Position numbers and translations under genes: made by a program. From a virus (lineage: Duplodnaviria > Heunggongvirae > Uroviricota > Caudoviricetes), in IMG/VR virus record IMGVR_UViG_3300009614_000107: a DNA stretch of 64,000 nucleotides; one strand, written 5' to 3'. Below the pieces are notes generated by a model. The model ran no database searches, was not told where the DNA came from, and saw only the letters and a list, made by a program, of their open reading frames with translations. Shown here piece by piece: positions 17,033 through 25,988 of this stretch. How positions within the stretch are numbered: position 1 is the stretch's first letter; each line of letters opens with the position of its first letter.

Positions 17033-17293
17033 CTACTCTTCTGGCTTCTCAGCGACTTCCTTTACACTATCAAGGAAATCTACATTGTTTGGAACTTCTA
17101 CAATATTCTTTGATGTCACTCCAATAGATTGAACAAGTACACCAAAAAATGCACCTAAACCAAGTATTCCAAAAAGATATATAATTTCATTAGGGTGAAT
17201 TAGGGTGAATATAAGTGAAACAACTATTGAAATTGATAATAGCAACCAACCCTTGGCATTAATGCCACCCTCTACCACAACTTTACGACTCAT
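17033..17293 (-). CDS. membrane protein
   Basis: two hydrophobic helices; contains tagggtgaat x2 tandem duplication. Confidence 0.4.
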   Translation of the reverse strand: MSRKVVVEGGINAKGWLLLSISIVVSLIFTLIHPNEIIYLFGILGLGAFFGVLVQSIGVTSKNIVEVPNNVDFLDSVKEVAEKPEE

Positions 17294-17565
17294 TTCTTTT
17301 TCACCTTTTTTATTTTCTCTGGAATTACAGCTTTTTGATTTTCAAGATAAGGATCATCTGGCTTACCAAGTTCGTCCCTAAGTTTTTTATTAATCCAGGC
17401 TTCAAATTTACATTTTTGACATTGTACTACCATTGGCTCTGGTAGCTGGTTTGGTCTTTTGCCCCATATTGGTATGAGAATAAATTTCCAATCTGCCTGA
17501 TAGGAATTATGTTCAGTGCAACCATTAGGACAATATATCCCTATGAATTCTTTAGGATCTGCCAT
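17290..17565 (-). CDS. zinc-ribbon protein
   Basis: CPNGC...CQKCKFEAW. Confidence 0.45.
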   Translation of the reverse strand: MADPKEFIGIYCPNGCTEHNSYQADWKFILIPIWGKRPNQLPEPMVVQCQKCKFEAWINKKLRDELGKPDDPYLENQKAVIPEKIKKVKKK

Positions 17566-17571
17566 ATTATA

Positions 17572-17727
17572 TCAAGTTCCCGTAACTGCTTTACCCATAA
17601 ATTCTGCAAGCCATAGCAGGACTTTGAAGATGAAATACACACCAACTCCTAGGGCAAAGACGAGCAGAAGATAGATTAATATCTTCTTTTCATTTGCGTG
17701 TTCATCATCTTCGTCTATGTCAAACAA
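17572..17727 (-). CDS. small tail-anchored membrane protein (51 aa, TTG start; below cutoff)
   Basis: AGGTGA SD 7 nt upstream of TTG; acidic N-terminus then one TM. Confidence 0.25.
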   Translation of the reverse strand: MFDIDEDDEHANEKKILIYLLLVFALGVGVYFIFKVLLWLAEFMGKAVTGT

Positions 17728-17734
17728 TTTAGGT

Positions 17735-17986
17735 TCACCTAACTTTCCTTATCTTGCTTGTAATTACAATTTCACCATCTTTAATATCCATTTTTACTGT
17801 TTGAATTTTAACTAGTTTGAAGATGTATTGATTGACACCTTGTTCATTAGCCCAACCTTGCTTAACATCCATTCCAAACTGTTTCTCTGCCTCTTTGAGG
17901 GTTTTGCACCAAGAAACTTGCTCGAAGGCACAACCATTACCGTGTGCTTCACGATTATCAAAACACTTAATATATTTTGTGCTCAT
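17735..17986 (-). CDS. hypothetical protein
   Basis: ORF. Confidence 0.4.
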   Translation of the reverse strand: MSTKYIKCFDNREAHGNGCAFEQVSWCKTLKEAEKQFGMDVKQGWANEQGVNQYIFKLVKIQTVKMDIKDGEIVITSKIRKVR

Positions 17987-18186
17987 TTCTTTGCAGACTC
18001 CTTCTCCTGTTTCATAACTGTAATACTATCCCAATAATTTTTCTCGTATATGCTCCTTCCTTTTTCATAGTTGAAAAAATGAATTAAGCACTCGATTACG
18101 TCTAATTCGTCTGTTGCCTCTCTTGAGAATTCGGTTTTTTGTTTACCTTCCTTTCCTTTCCATTTTATCGTGTATTTAGTGTTCAT
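17983..18186 (-). CDS. hypothetical protein
   Basis: ORF, overlapping start/stop. Confidence 0.4.
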   Translation of the reverse strand: MNTKYTIKWKGKEGKQKTEFSREATDELDVIECLIHFFNYEKGRSIYEKNYWDSITVMKQEKESAKK

Positions 18187-18419
18187 TCCTTTGCAACCTC
18201 TGCATCCACGGTCTTTAGGAATTCAATGAACTTGGCTATGTGGTTTTGACCAAGGTCATTCATAATCTCATCGTATCGCTCGACCCCTTCTGGATAGCCC
18301 ATCTCCTTGAGAACCTTGTCGATAATCTTCATTCGCTTGACAAGTCTTTCCTGTTCCTTGGGATCTGAGGATACAACCTTTCCATTTTTCACATACACAT
18401 TGATCGGCATTTGTTTCAC
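18183..18419 (-). CDS. hypothetical protein
   Basis: ORF. Confidence 0.4.
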   Translation of the reverse strand: MKQMPINVYVKNGKVVSSDPKEQERLVKRMKIIDKVLKEMGYPEGVERYDEIMNDLGQNHIAKFIEFLKTVDAEVAKE

Positions 18420-18629
18420 CTACACATTGAGAATCTTTGCCATTTTAATGAGATTCTTCTGTGTTTCAATTAGACTTTCCCTAATTGCTACAATCTCCAG
18501 AAGTTCTGGTGTGGTTATCTTATCAGTATTAAAAAATGCGTATTGATCAATCGCTTCTGCATATGGCTTCAAATCCATTGCAAAACGAACTCCTTCGAAC
18601 CACTGGCAATCACGCTTTCTAGCAGACAT
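18420..18629 (-). CDS. hypothetical protein
   Basis: ORF. Confidence 0.4.
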   Translation of the reverse strand: MSARKRDCQWFEGVRFAMDLKPYAEAIDQYAFFNTDKITTPELLEIVAIRESLIETQKNLIKMAKILNV

Positions 18630-18658
18630 TTTGAACGTAGGAGAGATAGATGTGTGAA

Positions 18659-18670
18659 TTTATAAATATT
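18659..18670. promoter_or_regulatory. TTTATAAATATT promoter-like element
   Basis: about 30 nt upstream of gene start 18629. Confidence 0.5.
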
Positions 18671-18682
18671 GTGATTAGTTAT

Positions 18683-18871
18683 TTATGGACAGATAATACT
18701 TCCTCTAATAAAATTATCATACTTCCTATTTTCCTTGAATTTCTCAATCTTTCTTTCACGTTCTGTAGGTGGAAGAACCTCACAAAAATTCGGGTATTGA
18801 TCCAAATGCCAGTGCCAGACCCATTCCTTATCCGACATTTGTTGACCACAATGCAAACACCTTACCATCAT
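18683..18871 (-). CDS. zinc-ribbon protein
   Basis: CLHCGQQ motif. Confidence 0.4.
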   Translation of the reverse strand: MMVRCLHCGQQMSDKEWVWHWHLDQYPNFCEVLPPTERERKIEKFKENRKYDNFIRGSIICP

Positions 18872-19290
18872 TTAGAATTGTTCACCTCACTGAGTTCTTC
18901 CATCAATGTTACTTTTTTGAGCTGGGTTGGTGGTGTTTGGACATCAATCGTTCCAAGTGTTGAGTCTACATTCCAAACCATAAACTTGAAACCACCAACT
19001 GTGAAATTTTGGGGTAAGTTGTTGTTATAAAATGTTATAATATATCCACCAAGGTGCATTGAATGTGTGAGAGGTGTAGCGGAAAATAAACCACCACCAT
19101 TGTCTGTAAAGCCATTATATGTGTATGGACCAAGTTGATCGCCTGGAATGAGGGTCACTATGTTCTTTGGTTTCAATGGAACTGGTGTTGTGAATACAGA
19201 TGAAATAATACTAATTATTGCTATAGACATAAATAATCCAAAAAATAGTTTTGGTATCATATCGAACATATCTAAGTCAGACACTTTCAT
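18868..19290 (-). CDS. membrane-anchored hypothetical protein
   Basis: N-terminal TM. Confidence 0.4.
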   Translation of the reverse strand: MKVSDLDMFDMIPKLFFGLFMSIAIISIISSVFTTPVPLKPKNIVTLIPGDQLGPYTYNGFTDNGGGLFSATPLTHSMHLGGYIITFYNNNLPQNFTVGGFKFMVWNVDSTLGTIDVQTPPTQLKKVTLMEELSEVNNSK

Positions 19291-19296
19291 TTCACC

Positions 19297-20142
19297 TTAT
19301 TCATCATCGTCTTGAGGATTAGAACGTGGTCTACCTCTCGGTCTTGTTGGTGGTAATGGTTGTGGCTTACTACGAACAAATGCACCTATTGAAAATGCCA
19401 TTGACATAACACAAAACCCAATAATTGTATAGAATTCCCATTCTGGTGCTATTTCTCCTTGGGGACCCTGAATGCCTTGAGGACCTGTTGCGCCTGTGTC
19501 ACCCTTATCACCCTTTGCACCAGTTGCACCAGTTAATCCCCTATCACCCTGTATTCCTTGTATTCCTTGTAATCCCTGTATGCCTTGTGTTCCGTTAAAT
19601 CCTCTTAATCCTTGAGGACCAACTGGACCAATAAGTTTTGCTTTTATAGTTGAGTTCAATTTATCAAACCAGTCTGGTGGTGGAATGAAATTTGTGATTG
19701 TAAATGATTTTGCAATTGTTACTTTACTTCCATCCATTCCTTCAACAATAATTTTTATTGTGTGCAGACCAAGATTAGAGTAGGGTGTTTGATTAGGTAC
19801 TAAAATAAATGTGTCCCAAGTTACTAAAATATTTGCTCCAGCAGTACTGTATAATGGTTCAGATTTAATAATCTCAGAAAAATCATCATAATATACATAT
19901 AAATATGAAGAAACTGGACAAGTTGTGTGATCAGCTTCTGGATTAACTTCAATATGTATATTTATTTTTGTATTAACATCACCAGATTCTGGTGATATTA
20001 TTACAGATAAATTATTTATTGGGACATCTGCTTTTATTAATTTAGGTGTAGAGATTACAAAACATATTAAAAAAATCATTAAGATAAATTTGTGTTTGAA
20101 CATTTTATAATTTCTCACCACAGTGTTTGCAAAACTGAGCAT
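19297..20142 (-). CDS. collagen-like triple-helix-repeat protein with signal peptide and C-terminal TM
   Basis: about 25 uninterrupted G-X-Y triplets (GPVGPQGLRGFNGTQGIQGLQGIQGIQGDRGLTGATGAKGDKGDTGATGPQGIQGPQG); C-terminal TM + RPRGRPR tail. Confidence 0.6.
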   Translation of the reverse strand: MLSFANTVVRNYKMFKHKFILMIFLICFVISTPKLIKADVPINNLSVIISPESGDVNTKINIHIEVNPEADHTTCPVSSYLYVYYDDFSEIIKSEPLYSTAGANILVTWDTFILVPNQTPYSNLGLHTIKIIVEGMDGSKVTIAKSFTITNFIPPPDWFDKLNSTIKAKLIGPVGPQGLRGFNGTQGIQGLQGIQGIQGDRGLTGATGAKGDKGDTGATGPQGIQGPQGEIAPEWEFYTIIGFCVMSMAFSIGAFVRSKPQPLPPTRPRGRPRSNPQDDDE

Positions 20143-20395
20143 CTTCAGAATTAAGTGTTTTGCATTTTTGGCATTTGATTTTTATACGTATTTTTTGGTC
20201 AGAATTAACTTCTTGTTTCATAATAATTTGCTGGTGTTGACTGGATGTGATTAAACCAGCAAAAAGTATTATTCCACCCAAAAACATTGCTGGAACACCT
20301 ATAAGTGCTCCTATAATTGTAAGTGAAATTAGCCATCCTAAAAAACCAATTATAAGCCCAATGATTATTAATCCAAGACGCAAGTTGATTACCAT
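20105..20395 (-). CDS. membrane protein with C-terminal double zinc ribbon
   Basis: start trimmed to MVINLRL to avoid overlap with tRNA-Ile; CQKCKTLNSEDAQFCKHCGEKL. Confidence 0.4.
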   Translation of the reverse strand: MVINLRLGLIIIGLIIGFLGWLISLTIIGALIGVPAMFLGGIILFAGLITSSQHQQIIMKQEVNSDQKIRIKIKCQKCKTLNSEDAQFCKHCGEKL

Positions 20396-20415
20396 AAAAT
20401 AACAAATATGAAAGT

Positions 20416-20427
20416 TTATAAATATTA
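20416..20427. promoter_or_regulatory. TTTATAAATATT promoter-like element
   Basis: 20 nt upstream of trimmed start 20395; abuts tRNA-Ile 3' end. Confidence 0.5.
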
Positions 20428-20433
20428 TGAAAA

Positions 20434-20510
20434 TGGTGGCGAAGAGCAGACTTGAACTGCTGATGCCCTGATTATCAGTCAGGTGGACTACCAAGCTGTC
20501 CTACTTCGCC
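20434..20510 (-). tRNA. tRNA-Ile (anticodon GAU), CCA encoded
   Basis: GGCGAAG...loop CTGATAA...GTTCAAGTC...CTTCGCCACCA. Confidence 0.8.
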
Positions 20511-20515
20511 AAGAA

Positions 20516-20596
20516 TGGTAGAGAGGATGGGATTCGAACCCACATAAAGGCAAGGATTATGAGTCCTCCGAGATAACCAGGTTCCTCTACCTCTCT
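20516..20596 (-). tRNA. tRNA-Met-like (anticodon CAU; A1:U72), CCA encoded
   Basis: AGAGAGG...loop CTCATAA...GGTTCGAATCC...CCTCTCTACCA; 5 nt from tRNA-Ile. Confidence 0.65.
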
Positions 20597-20628
20597 GGGT
20601 ATTATAAATAAAGTGTGTTTATAAAGAT

Positions 20629-22086
20629 TTATTCTCTGACGATGTAAAGGTTGTTTAATGACCTTGTTAGAGCTACAAACTTGCAGTTATCTTCCTCTTT
20701 CAACTGCTGGGGATTGCCCTGCTTTACAGCATATGGGTGTGGCATAAGATCATAGCGGAGTATGTAGACGTTCTCAGACTCAAGTCCCTTAGCCCTATGA
20801 ACACTGCTGAAAACTATGCCCTCAATATTGTCACGGAAAATGAATTTCACTTTTGATGTAAGATCGGTTATGGTTTTGCTCTCATCGGCTATAGCAAAGA
20901 TTGTGTCAACCCTGTCACTGAGGGTGAGTATTGATGCTTCCTTTTTCTGGATCTTCAACTTCTCGGTCTGCTTCTGCTGGTACTCTTTCAGACCGATTAG
21001 GAAAGTGCTGAGATCGGTAGCACCACACATCTTTACGACACGGTTGATTAGGTTCTCAAGCTGATCGCCTATGCTCTTGCCAACAATTATGACCTTCTTG
21101 CCGTTTCGAATAAGTTCGAAGGCTGGTTCTACGAGAGGGGCATTTGTTCGGCAGAGAACCATATCCTTCGGCTGGACTTTTTTCATAAATGTGGGATAGT
21201 CTATTTCCTCAACTTTTCCCTGCTTGGCATTTGGACCACATTCGTGTGTGATGTTTGGGAAGGTCTTGTTTACAAAGGCAACGACAGACTTTGGGTTTCT
21301 GTAACTGATGCTGAGTGGAAATTCGACAGCATCAAGCATATTTCCCAAGTAATCCATAGCATTGATTCCAGCTCCACGGAAACCGTATATGGCTTGGTTT
21401 CTGTCACCGATTACTATTGTGCATCCGTTGGGTTTCCTGATTTTGAGGATCATTTGAACCTGAGTCTCGTTCAAGTCCTGTGCCTCATCAACAAGGACAT
21501 AATCGTATTTTCTCATTGGGATATCGAGAACGACAGGAAGCCAGATCATATCATCATAATCGATTGTTTGTGTGTCTTTTTTAGATCGTTGTATAACATA
21601 ATTAACGGCCTTGAACACTGTTTTTTCATTACCATTTAATTTAATGTTATAGAAATCACACATTTCAATCATAGAATCTTCATCTTCTGAATCTGTTAAT
21701 GTGTTTTTCACATATTGAACAACTTTAGCAATTGTCTGCCAGAGCATTTTATTGACAACAGTGTCCTCTAGGATTGAGTATGTTTTTTGATTGTCCATAA
21801 TGAAATTACCATATACATTACGAAGTTCACGATTGCCAAGAGAATGAAGTGTTTTTGCTTCTCCACCAGGCATATTTGCTAGTTTTTCTTTTGCCTCAAG
21901 TTGATTCTTTTTATTAAAAACAAGATATATCCAGCTTTTATTTTTTGGTATATAATTTTTAATAAACTCTTGAATTGTTCGAGTTTTACCAGAGCCAGCA
22001 GTTGCACTCACTATGATGTTCTTATCTCCCTTTCTGCCAGCCTCAAAGATTGCCTTCTGGTATGAGGACGGGACGAATGTTGACAT
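20629..22086 (-). CDS. SF1 UvrD/Rep-like DNA helicase
   Basis: Walker A VSATAGSGKTRT, Walker B VLVDEAQDLN, IVIGDRNQAIYGFRGA (helicase motif III). Confidence 0.7.
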   Translation of the reverse strand: MSTFVPSSYQKAIFEAGRKGDKNIIVSATAGSGKTRTIQEFIKNYIPKNKSWIYLVFNKKNQLEAKEKLANMPGGEAKTLHSLGNRELRNVYGNFIMDNQKTYSILEDTVVNKMLWQTIAKVVQYVKNTLTDSEDEDSMIEMCDFYNIKLNGNEKTVFKAVNYVIQRSKKDTQTIDYDDMIWLPVVLDIPMRKYDYVLVDEAQDLNETQVQMILKIRKPNGCTIVIGDRNQAIYGFRGAGINAMDYLGNMLDAVEFPLSISYRNPKSVVAFVNKTFPNITHECGPNAKQGKVEEIDYPTFMKKVQPKDMVLCRTNAPLVEPAFELIRNGKKVIIVGKSIGDQLENLINRVVKMCGATDLSTFLIGLKEYQQKQTEKLKIQKKEASILTLSDRVDTIFAIADESKTITDLTSKVKFIFRDNIEGIVFSSVHRAKGLESENVYILRYDLMPHPYAVKQGNPQQLKEEDNCKFVALTRSLNNLYIVRE

Positions 22087-22088
22087 TT

Positions 22089-22313
22089 TTATACTTCCAA
22101 TGCTAATTCTCTACAAAGTTGTATAAACTCATTTTCTTGGCGTAGTGGATTAATATCCTCAATTTTTGAATTAAAAATATAACCACATTTTGGGCAGAGG
22201 CAATAATTCATCCAATAGCGATCTTCAATCAGCTTACGATAATAAAGTGGTTTTATATCACATTGTGGGCATACCCTATTTAGGATAATGTCCAAGTCCC
22301 TGTTGGTCAACAT
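22089..22313 (-). CDS. small zinc-ribbon protein
   Basis: CPQCD...CLCPKCGY. Confidence 0.45.
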   Translation of the reverse strand: MLTNRDLDIILNRVCPQCDIKPLYYRKLIEDRYWMNYCLCPKCGYIFNSKIEDINPLRQENEFIQLCRELALEV

Positions 22314-22364
22314 TTTATACGGTGTAGATGTGTTTAGTACTCTTATAAATATTGTGGATTATAG

Positions 22365-22570
22365 TTACAGGGGAGTGATTGGCTCCCCTGCCTGAGCTTC
22401 CTTGGTTATCAACCAGTGGACATTGAGACATACACGGTGATCAGTCGTGCTGTTACTCATTCTCAGGACGTATTTACCTGTCGCTTTCCCGATTACTAGT
22501 CGGGAGCAACATAGGGAACCACACCATTGGTAAGGTGTTACGCACAGGTTCCTTCGTAGAAGAAACACGT
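22365..22570 (-). ncRNA. candidate structured non-coding RNA (about 200 nt), family unassigned
   Basis: GC-richer island between promoter elements at 22345 and 22577; only a 67-aa low-complexity ORF; hairpins such as ggggagtgattggctcccc. Confidence 0.3.
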
Positions 22571-22576
22571 TAAGAC

Positions 22577-22588
22577 TTTATAAATATT
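22577..22588. promoter_or_regulatory. TTTATAAATATT promoter-like element
   Basis: immediately upstream of the candidate ncRNA; abuts tRNA-Thr 3' end. Confidence 0.5.
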
Positions 22589-22664
22589 TGGAGCCCCAGG
22601 CAGGACTCGGACCTGCGACCATCAACTTACAAGGTTGACGCACTACCAACTATGCTACAGGGGC
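22589..22664 (-). tRNA. tRNA-Thr (anticodon UGU), CCA encoded
   Basis: GCCCCTG...loop CTTGTAA...GGTCCGAGTCC...CTGGGGCTCCA (one U-U mismatch in acceptor stem). Confidence 0.7.
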
Positions 22665-22700
22665 AACAGTGGTAAAAGGTATGTGTATGGTTATAAATAT

Positions 22701-23204
22701 TTAGATAAAAACAGGAATTTTGTTTATTTTCATTAAGTCTTTAATTGTTATTATTTTTACTTCATTTTCTATATAATTTCTAATATTTTCCCATCCCCAG
22801 ATACATTGTTCATTTTTAACATCTATAAATGGTTCATTATGTTCTTGTGCATTATCCATTGAAGATATTGGATATTGTAATAATTTTAAGAGTGGTATCA
22901 TCACTGCGTTTGTACCACCTTTATTTATTTGAATATAATATGAATATGGTTTTGCATATTTTAATTTACGTTCTAAAAAATGAACAGAATTGAATGAAAA
23001 ATAATCGTTCCAATATTTCTCGTGATTTTCTACTTCTATACCACCGACTAATGTTAGAGACTTCATAATTTGTATATCAATATCATATTTCTTTTCATTT
23101 CTTTTAATCCAAAACACATTTGATTTAATATTTTTAAAAACACAATTTATTGCAGGATCATTAAATTTTTTATTTGCTTTCTCGTCATATTCCTTATGAC
23201 CCAA
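22701..23204 (-). CDS. hypothetical protein (very AT-rich gene)
   Basis: ORF with markedly lower GC than neighbouring helicase. Confidence 0.4.
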   Translation of the reverse strand: MGHKEYDEKANKKFNDPAINCVFKNIKSNVFWIKRNEKKYDIDIQIMKSLTLVGGIEVENHEKYWNDYFSFNSVHFLERKLKYAKPYSYYIQINKGGTNAVMIPLLKLLQYPISSMDNAQEHNEPFIDVKNEQCIWGWENIRNYIENEVKIITIKDLMKINKIPVFI

Positions 23205-23208
23205 GAGA

Positions 23209-25005
23209 TCACCTAATAGCTTCCTTAAACCACTTCGGGAAGAATCCTATATTCTGGTTGAATAAGTCTGAGAACTTCCCATCAATTATGAAAGTCTCAC
23301 CCCAATCGTCAACACTTCTACAGACTCTACCATAAGTCTGGATTAGGAGCATTGCGGTTGTCCAGTTGTACCAGGATTGATCCTTTTCGACCCTCTTCTT
23401 AATCTGAGGATCACCGAGAGATGGATAGGGTACTTTAACTAGGACTTGCCATCTAGCCAAATCATCTTTTAGGTCGATGCCCATTTTCATACTCGGTGTT
23501 GTCATAATGCAAGGTGCTTTTGCTTGGAAGAATCTCTCGAAAGTATCTTCACGCCTCTCATCTGTGTCAATAAAGTTTCCTCTCTCATCTCTAAGAGAAA
23601 CATTGGTCATCATATACTGCTTGTATTTTGAATTAGCCATAATATATCTTGCAATTTCGTTATTGTGAGTGTGTATTACACCTTTGTGCTGCAAACGAGT
23701 TGGAATGATATCGTTGTCAATTATTCTAAGCATATTCGGTAGGAACTGATCCATTTCTTTGAAAATCGCTCTTCCAGCAAATTTTTGGTAGAGTGGACGA
23801 TGTTCGACTGGGAATGTTGAGTTGCCTATTCTGAAAAACTTAACCTCTTCTTCTATGCCTAAGTATTTCTGTAATTTTTCTTTGTCAAGTATTGTGGCCG
23901 ATATAAGAATGTGTTTGTCAGTGTGCTTGAAAAGCTGGTCAGAATATTTATTAATTGTAACTGGTTTGAAAGTGGCAGATGTTTTGTCTTTTAAGACAAC
24001 CCAGTTATCAATATCATCTTCTAGACTATCTAGCAACTCTGTGATTCTATTTGTTATATTTTCAACTGTTTTACGACTCTTCAGTTCTTGTACACGATTT
24101 GAACTATCACCTATATCCCTTTGGATTGAGGCGAAAGTTCCATACTTTTCTGAGATCCCTTTAAGTTCACCCTGGATATTCTGCAACCATTTTTCCCAAT
24201 CTTCCATTTTTGTGTATTCTGGTATTATTGGAAATGGCATATCTTTAAAATACATCCAAATACCATTAAATGTTCTCGAAGAAATTAAAACTTCAATATA
24301 GGTCATTAAAGTATTTTCGATTGTGTGTGCCTCATCAAAGATTCCTAAAAATCTTTTATTGAAGCTGTGTGCGTGATTTTGTTCGTGAAGGTAATAGGAA
24401 TAGTTGTGGATGGTAAGAGGTGAATGGATTGCCTTGTCCTTGGCTTGCCAGTAGGCACAGAGTGGATAAGAACAATTGCTCCAATCGAACTTAACTCCAA
24501 ACTTGTCACGATCTGCTCTCGGTGACGCATTATCATCTTCAAAATTTTCTGGGTCAATTTCAGCACCCATCTCCATATCGGTTAGTGCAGACTCACGTTT
24601 TACTTGGTTTGCCTTGTGGGGGCATTTGTAACCATTAATCAGGGTACACGGTGCTCTGTCTGCATAGAGTGTGTTCCCTATTCTCTCAGCCCAAAACTCT
24701 GGTTCCATATCTCCTGCTGTGAGAGAGCAGGGATAATTGCCCCTACCTTTGATTAGTGCTATGTCTGGAAAATCACGTAGATACTGTCCCTGTAGGTAGA
24801 TGTCGTTTACAACAAAGTGTGTAAGGTTGCCATATTCCTGATAGACATACTTAGCGATTGCATAGGCTACAGGTGACTTACCAAAGCCTGTAGGTGCTTC
24901 TAGGAAGATGTAATTGTAGGGATCAAGGTTGGCTTCTATAAGACTTAGGATTTCCTTCTGGTATGGACGGAATTCCTTGAATGGGAAACAGGCTTCAATT
25001 GCCAA
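23209..25005 (-). CDS. SF2 DEAH-box DNA helicase
   Basis: Walker A APTGFGKSPV, DEAH box IFDEAHTIEN, helicase C-terminal region. Confidence 0.65.
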   Translation of the reverse strand: MAIEACFPFKEFRPYQKEILSLIEANLDPYNYIFLEAPTGFGKSPVAYAIAKYVYQEYGNLTHFVVNDIYLQGQYLRDFPDIALIKGRGNYPCSLTAGDMEPEFWAERIGNTLYADRAPCTLINGYKCPHKANQVKRESALTDMEMGAEIDPENFEDDNASPRADRDKFGVKFDWSNCSYPLCAYWQAKDKAIHSPLTIHNYSYYLHEQNHAHSFNKRFLGIFDEAHTIENTLMTYIEVLISSRTFNGIWMYFKDMPFPIIPEYTKMEDWEKWLQNIQGELKGISEKYGTFASIQRDIGDSSNRVQELKSRKTVENITNRITELLDSLEDDIDNWVVLKDKTSATFKPVTINKYSDQLFKHTDKHILISATILDKEKLQKYLGIEEEVKFFRIGNSTFPVEHRPLYQKFAGRAIFKEMDQFLPNMLRIIDNDIIPTRLQHKGVIHTHNNEIARYIMANSKYKQYMMTNVSLRDERGNFIDTDERREDTFERFFQAKAPCIMTTPSMKMGIDLKDDLARWQVLVKVPYPSLGDPQIKKRVEKDQSWYNWTTAMLLIQTYGRVCRSVDDWGETFIIDGKFSDLFNQNIGFFPKWFKEAIR

Positions 25006-25948
25006 CGTCTATACCACCGAGTTGATATTTTCTTACGTGATTACGAATTGAAACCTCTGTCACGCCACAGGTTGTTGCTATAACCTTCTGGGAGATGTTA
25101 AGTTCCATCTTCTTGGATGCCAGATAAATTGCACAAGCTGCTACACAGAGTGGACTTGAGCCACTTGTGATTTTTAAGTCCTCTGCCTCTCTGCAAATCT
25201 TTAGGGCTAACATTTCAAATTCACCAGATAGGTTTAACTTAGAGGTGAACTGGGAAATAAAGATTGCAGGATCCCTGCGAGTTGGCTTGATCTTCATTGA
25301 TTCTACCATAAGGCGATAGCAACGAGCAATATCCTTCTTGTCGATGCCTGTGACCTCTTCAATATTCTCCATTGTTGTTGGAATGCCATTCTCTCTGAGG
25401 CTGTAGTACATACAGGCAACTAGGATTTGCTGGATTGAACGTCCTCTAATGAGGTTTATGGCCACCGATTTTGTAAATATATCAAAGATATCGTCATCTA
25501 TTGCATCTGGTATGCTGAGTCTGTATTTGTAGGTTGTATAAAGTGACCTTGCAGAGGATAGTGTTCTGGTTAGAGATGCCTTATCACCTGTTGCCCTATT
25601 GTTCATTCTTGAAAGACGAAGATATTCTATCTTCTTTTCTCCTGTAAGTTTCTTGTTTTGACCATCTAAATTTGACCAAGGAGCAATCCTTGTATGGCTT
25701 GAAGAGCCATTAACGACACCTGGATTTGTGATTGGCGTAGCCCTGTCAAGTTGCTGTGGCTCACCATCAAAGTTTCGCCATTCCTTGTCTCTGGAAATTA
25801 CTTGTTCCTCAAGAACAACCAACCCACAGTTTTTGCAAACAACCTCACCAGTAACATTATCGTGATAGAAGTCACGACTGCCACAAATTGGGCAGTTTAA
25901 TGGAGCATCTTGTGGGGCTTCGTGGGACGGGTCATTAGACATAAACAT
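24995..25948 (-). CDS. tfb: transcription factor B (TFIIB homolog)
   Basis: N-terminal Zn ribbon CPICGSRDFYHDNVTGEVVCKNCG; cyclin-fold core; start trimmed to MFMSNDP about 20 nt downstream of TATA at 25968. Confidence 0.8.
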   Translation of the reverse strand: MFMSNDPSHEAPQDAPLNCPICGSRDFYHDNVTGEVVCKNCGLVVLEEQVISRDKEWRNFDGEPQQLDRATPITNPGVVNGSSSHTRIAPWSNLDGQNKKLTGEKKIEYLRLSRMNNRATGDKASLTRTLSSARSLYTTYKYRLSIPDAIDDDIFDIFTKSVAINLIRGRSIQQILVACMYYSLRENGIPTTMENIEEVTGIDKKDIARCYRLMVESMKIKPTRRDPAIFISQFTSKLNLSGEFEMLALKICREAEDLKITSGSSPLCVAACAIYLASKKMELNISQKVIATTCGVTEVSIRNHVRKYQLGGIDVGN

Positions 25949-25967
25949 CACTCCTATTGTACCTACA

Positions 25968-25979
25968 TTTATAAATATT
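25968..25979. promoter_or_regulatory. TTTATAAATATT promoter element for tfb (near-leaderless)
   Basis: between PolB stop (25989) and tfb start. Confidence 0.55.
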
Positions 25980-25988
25980 ATGAGATTT

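Noticed and set aside
17190-17212. Perfect 10-nt tandem duplication tagggtgaattagggtgaat
   Set aside because: Single duplication inside a membrane-protein ORF (encodes LGEFRVN); too small to call a repeat element. Noted only as a possible slippage footprint.
19440-19640. Short DNA periodicity (tccttgta/ccctgtat) that might be mistaken for a CRISPR or tandem repeat
   Set aside because: It is the coding periodicity of the collagen G-X-Y repeat; units are 9 nt, imperfect and in-frame. No repeat-spacer architecture anywhere in the window.
23822-24301. 159-aa plus-strand ORF inside the DEAH helicase gene
   Set aside because: Antisense of a confidently assigned helicase; Ser/Leu-rich composition typical of a shadow ORF.
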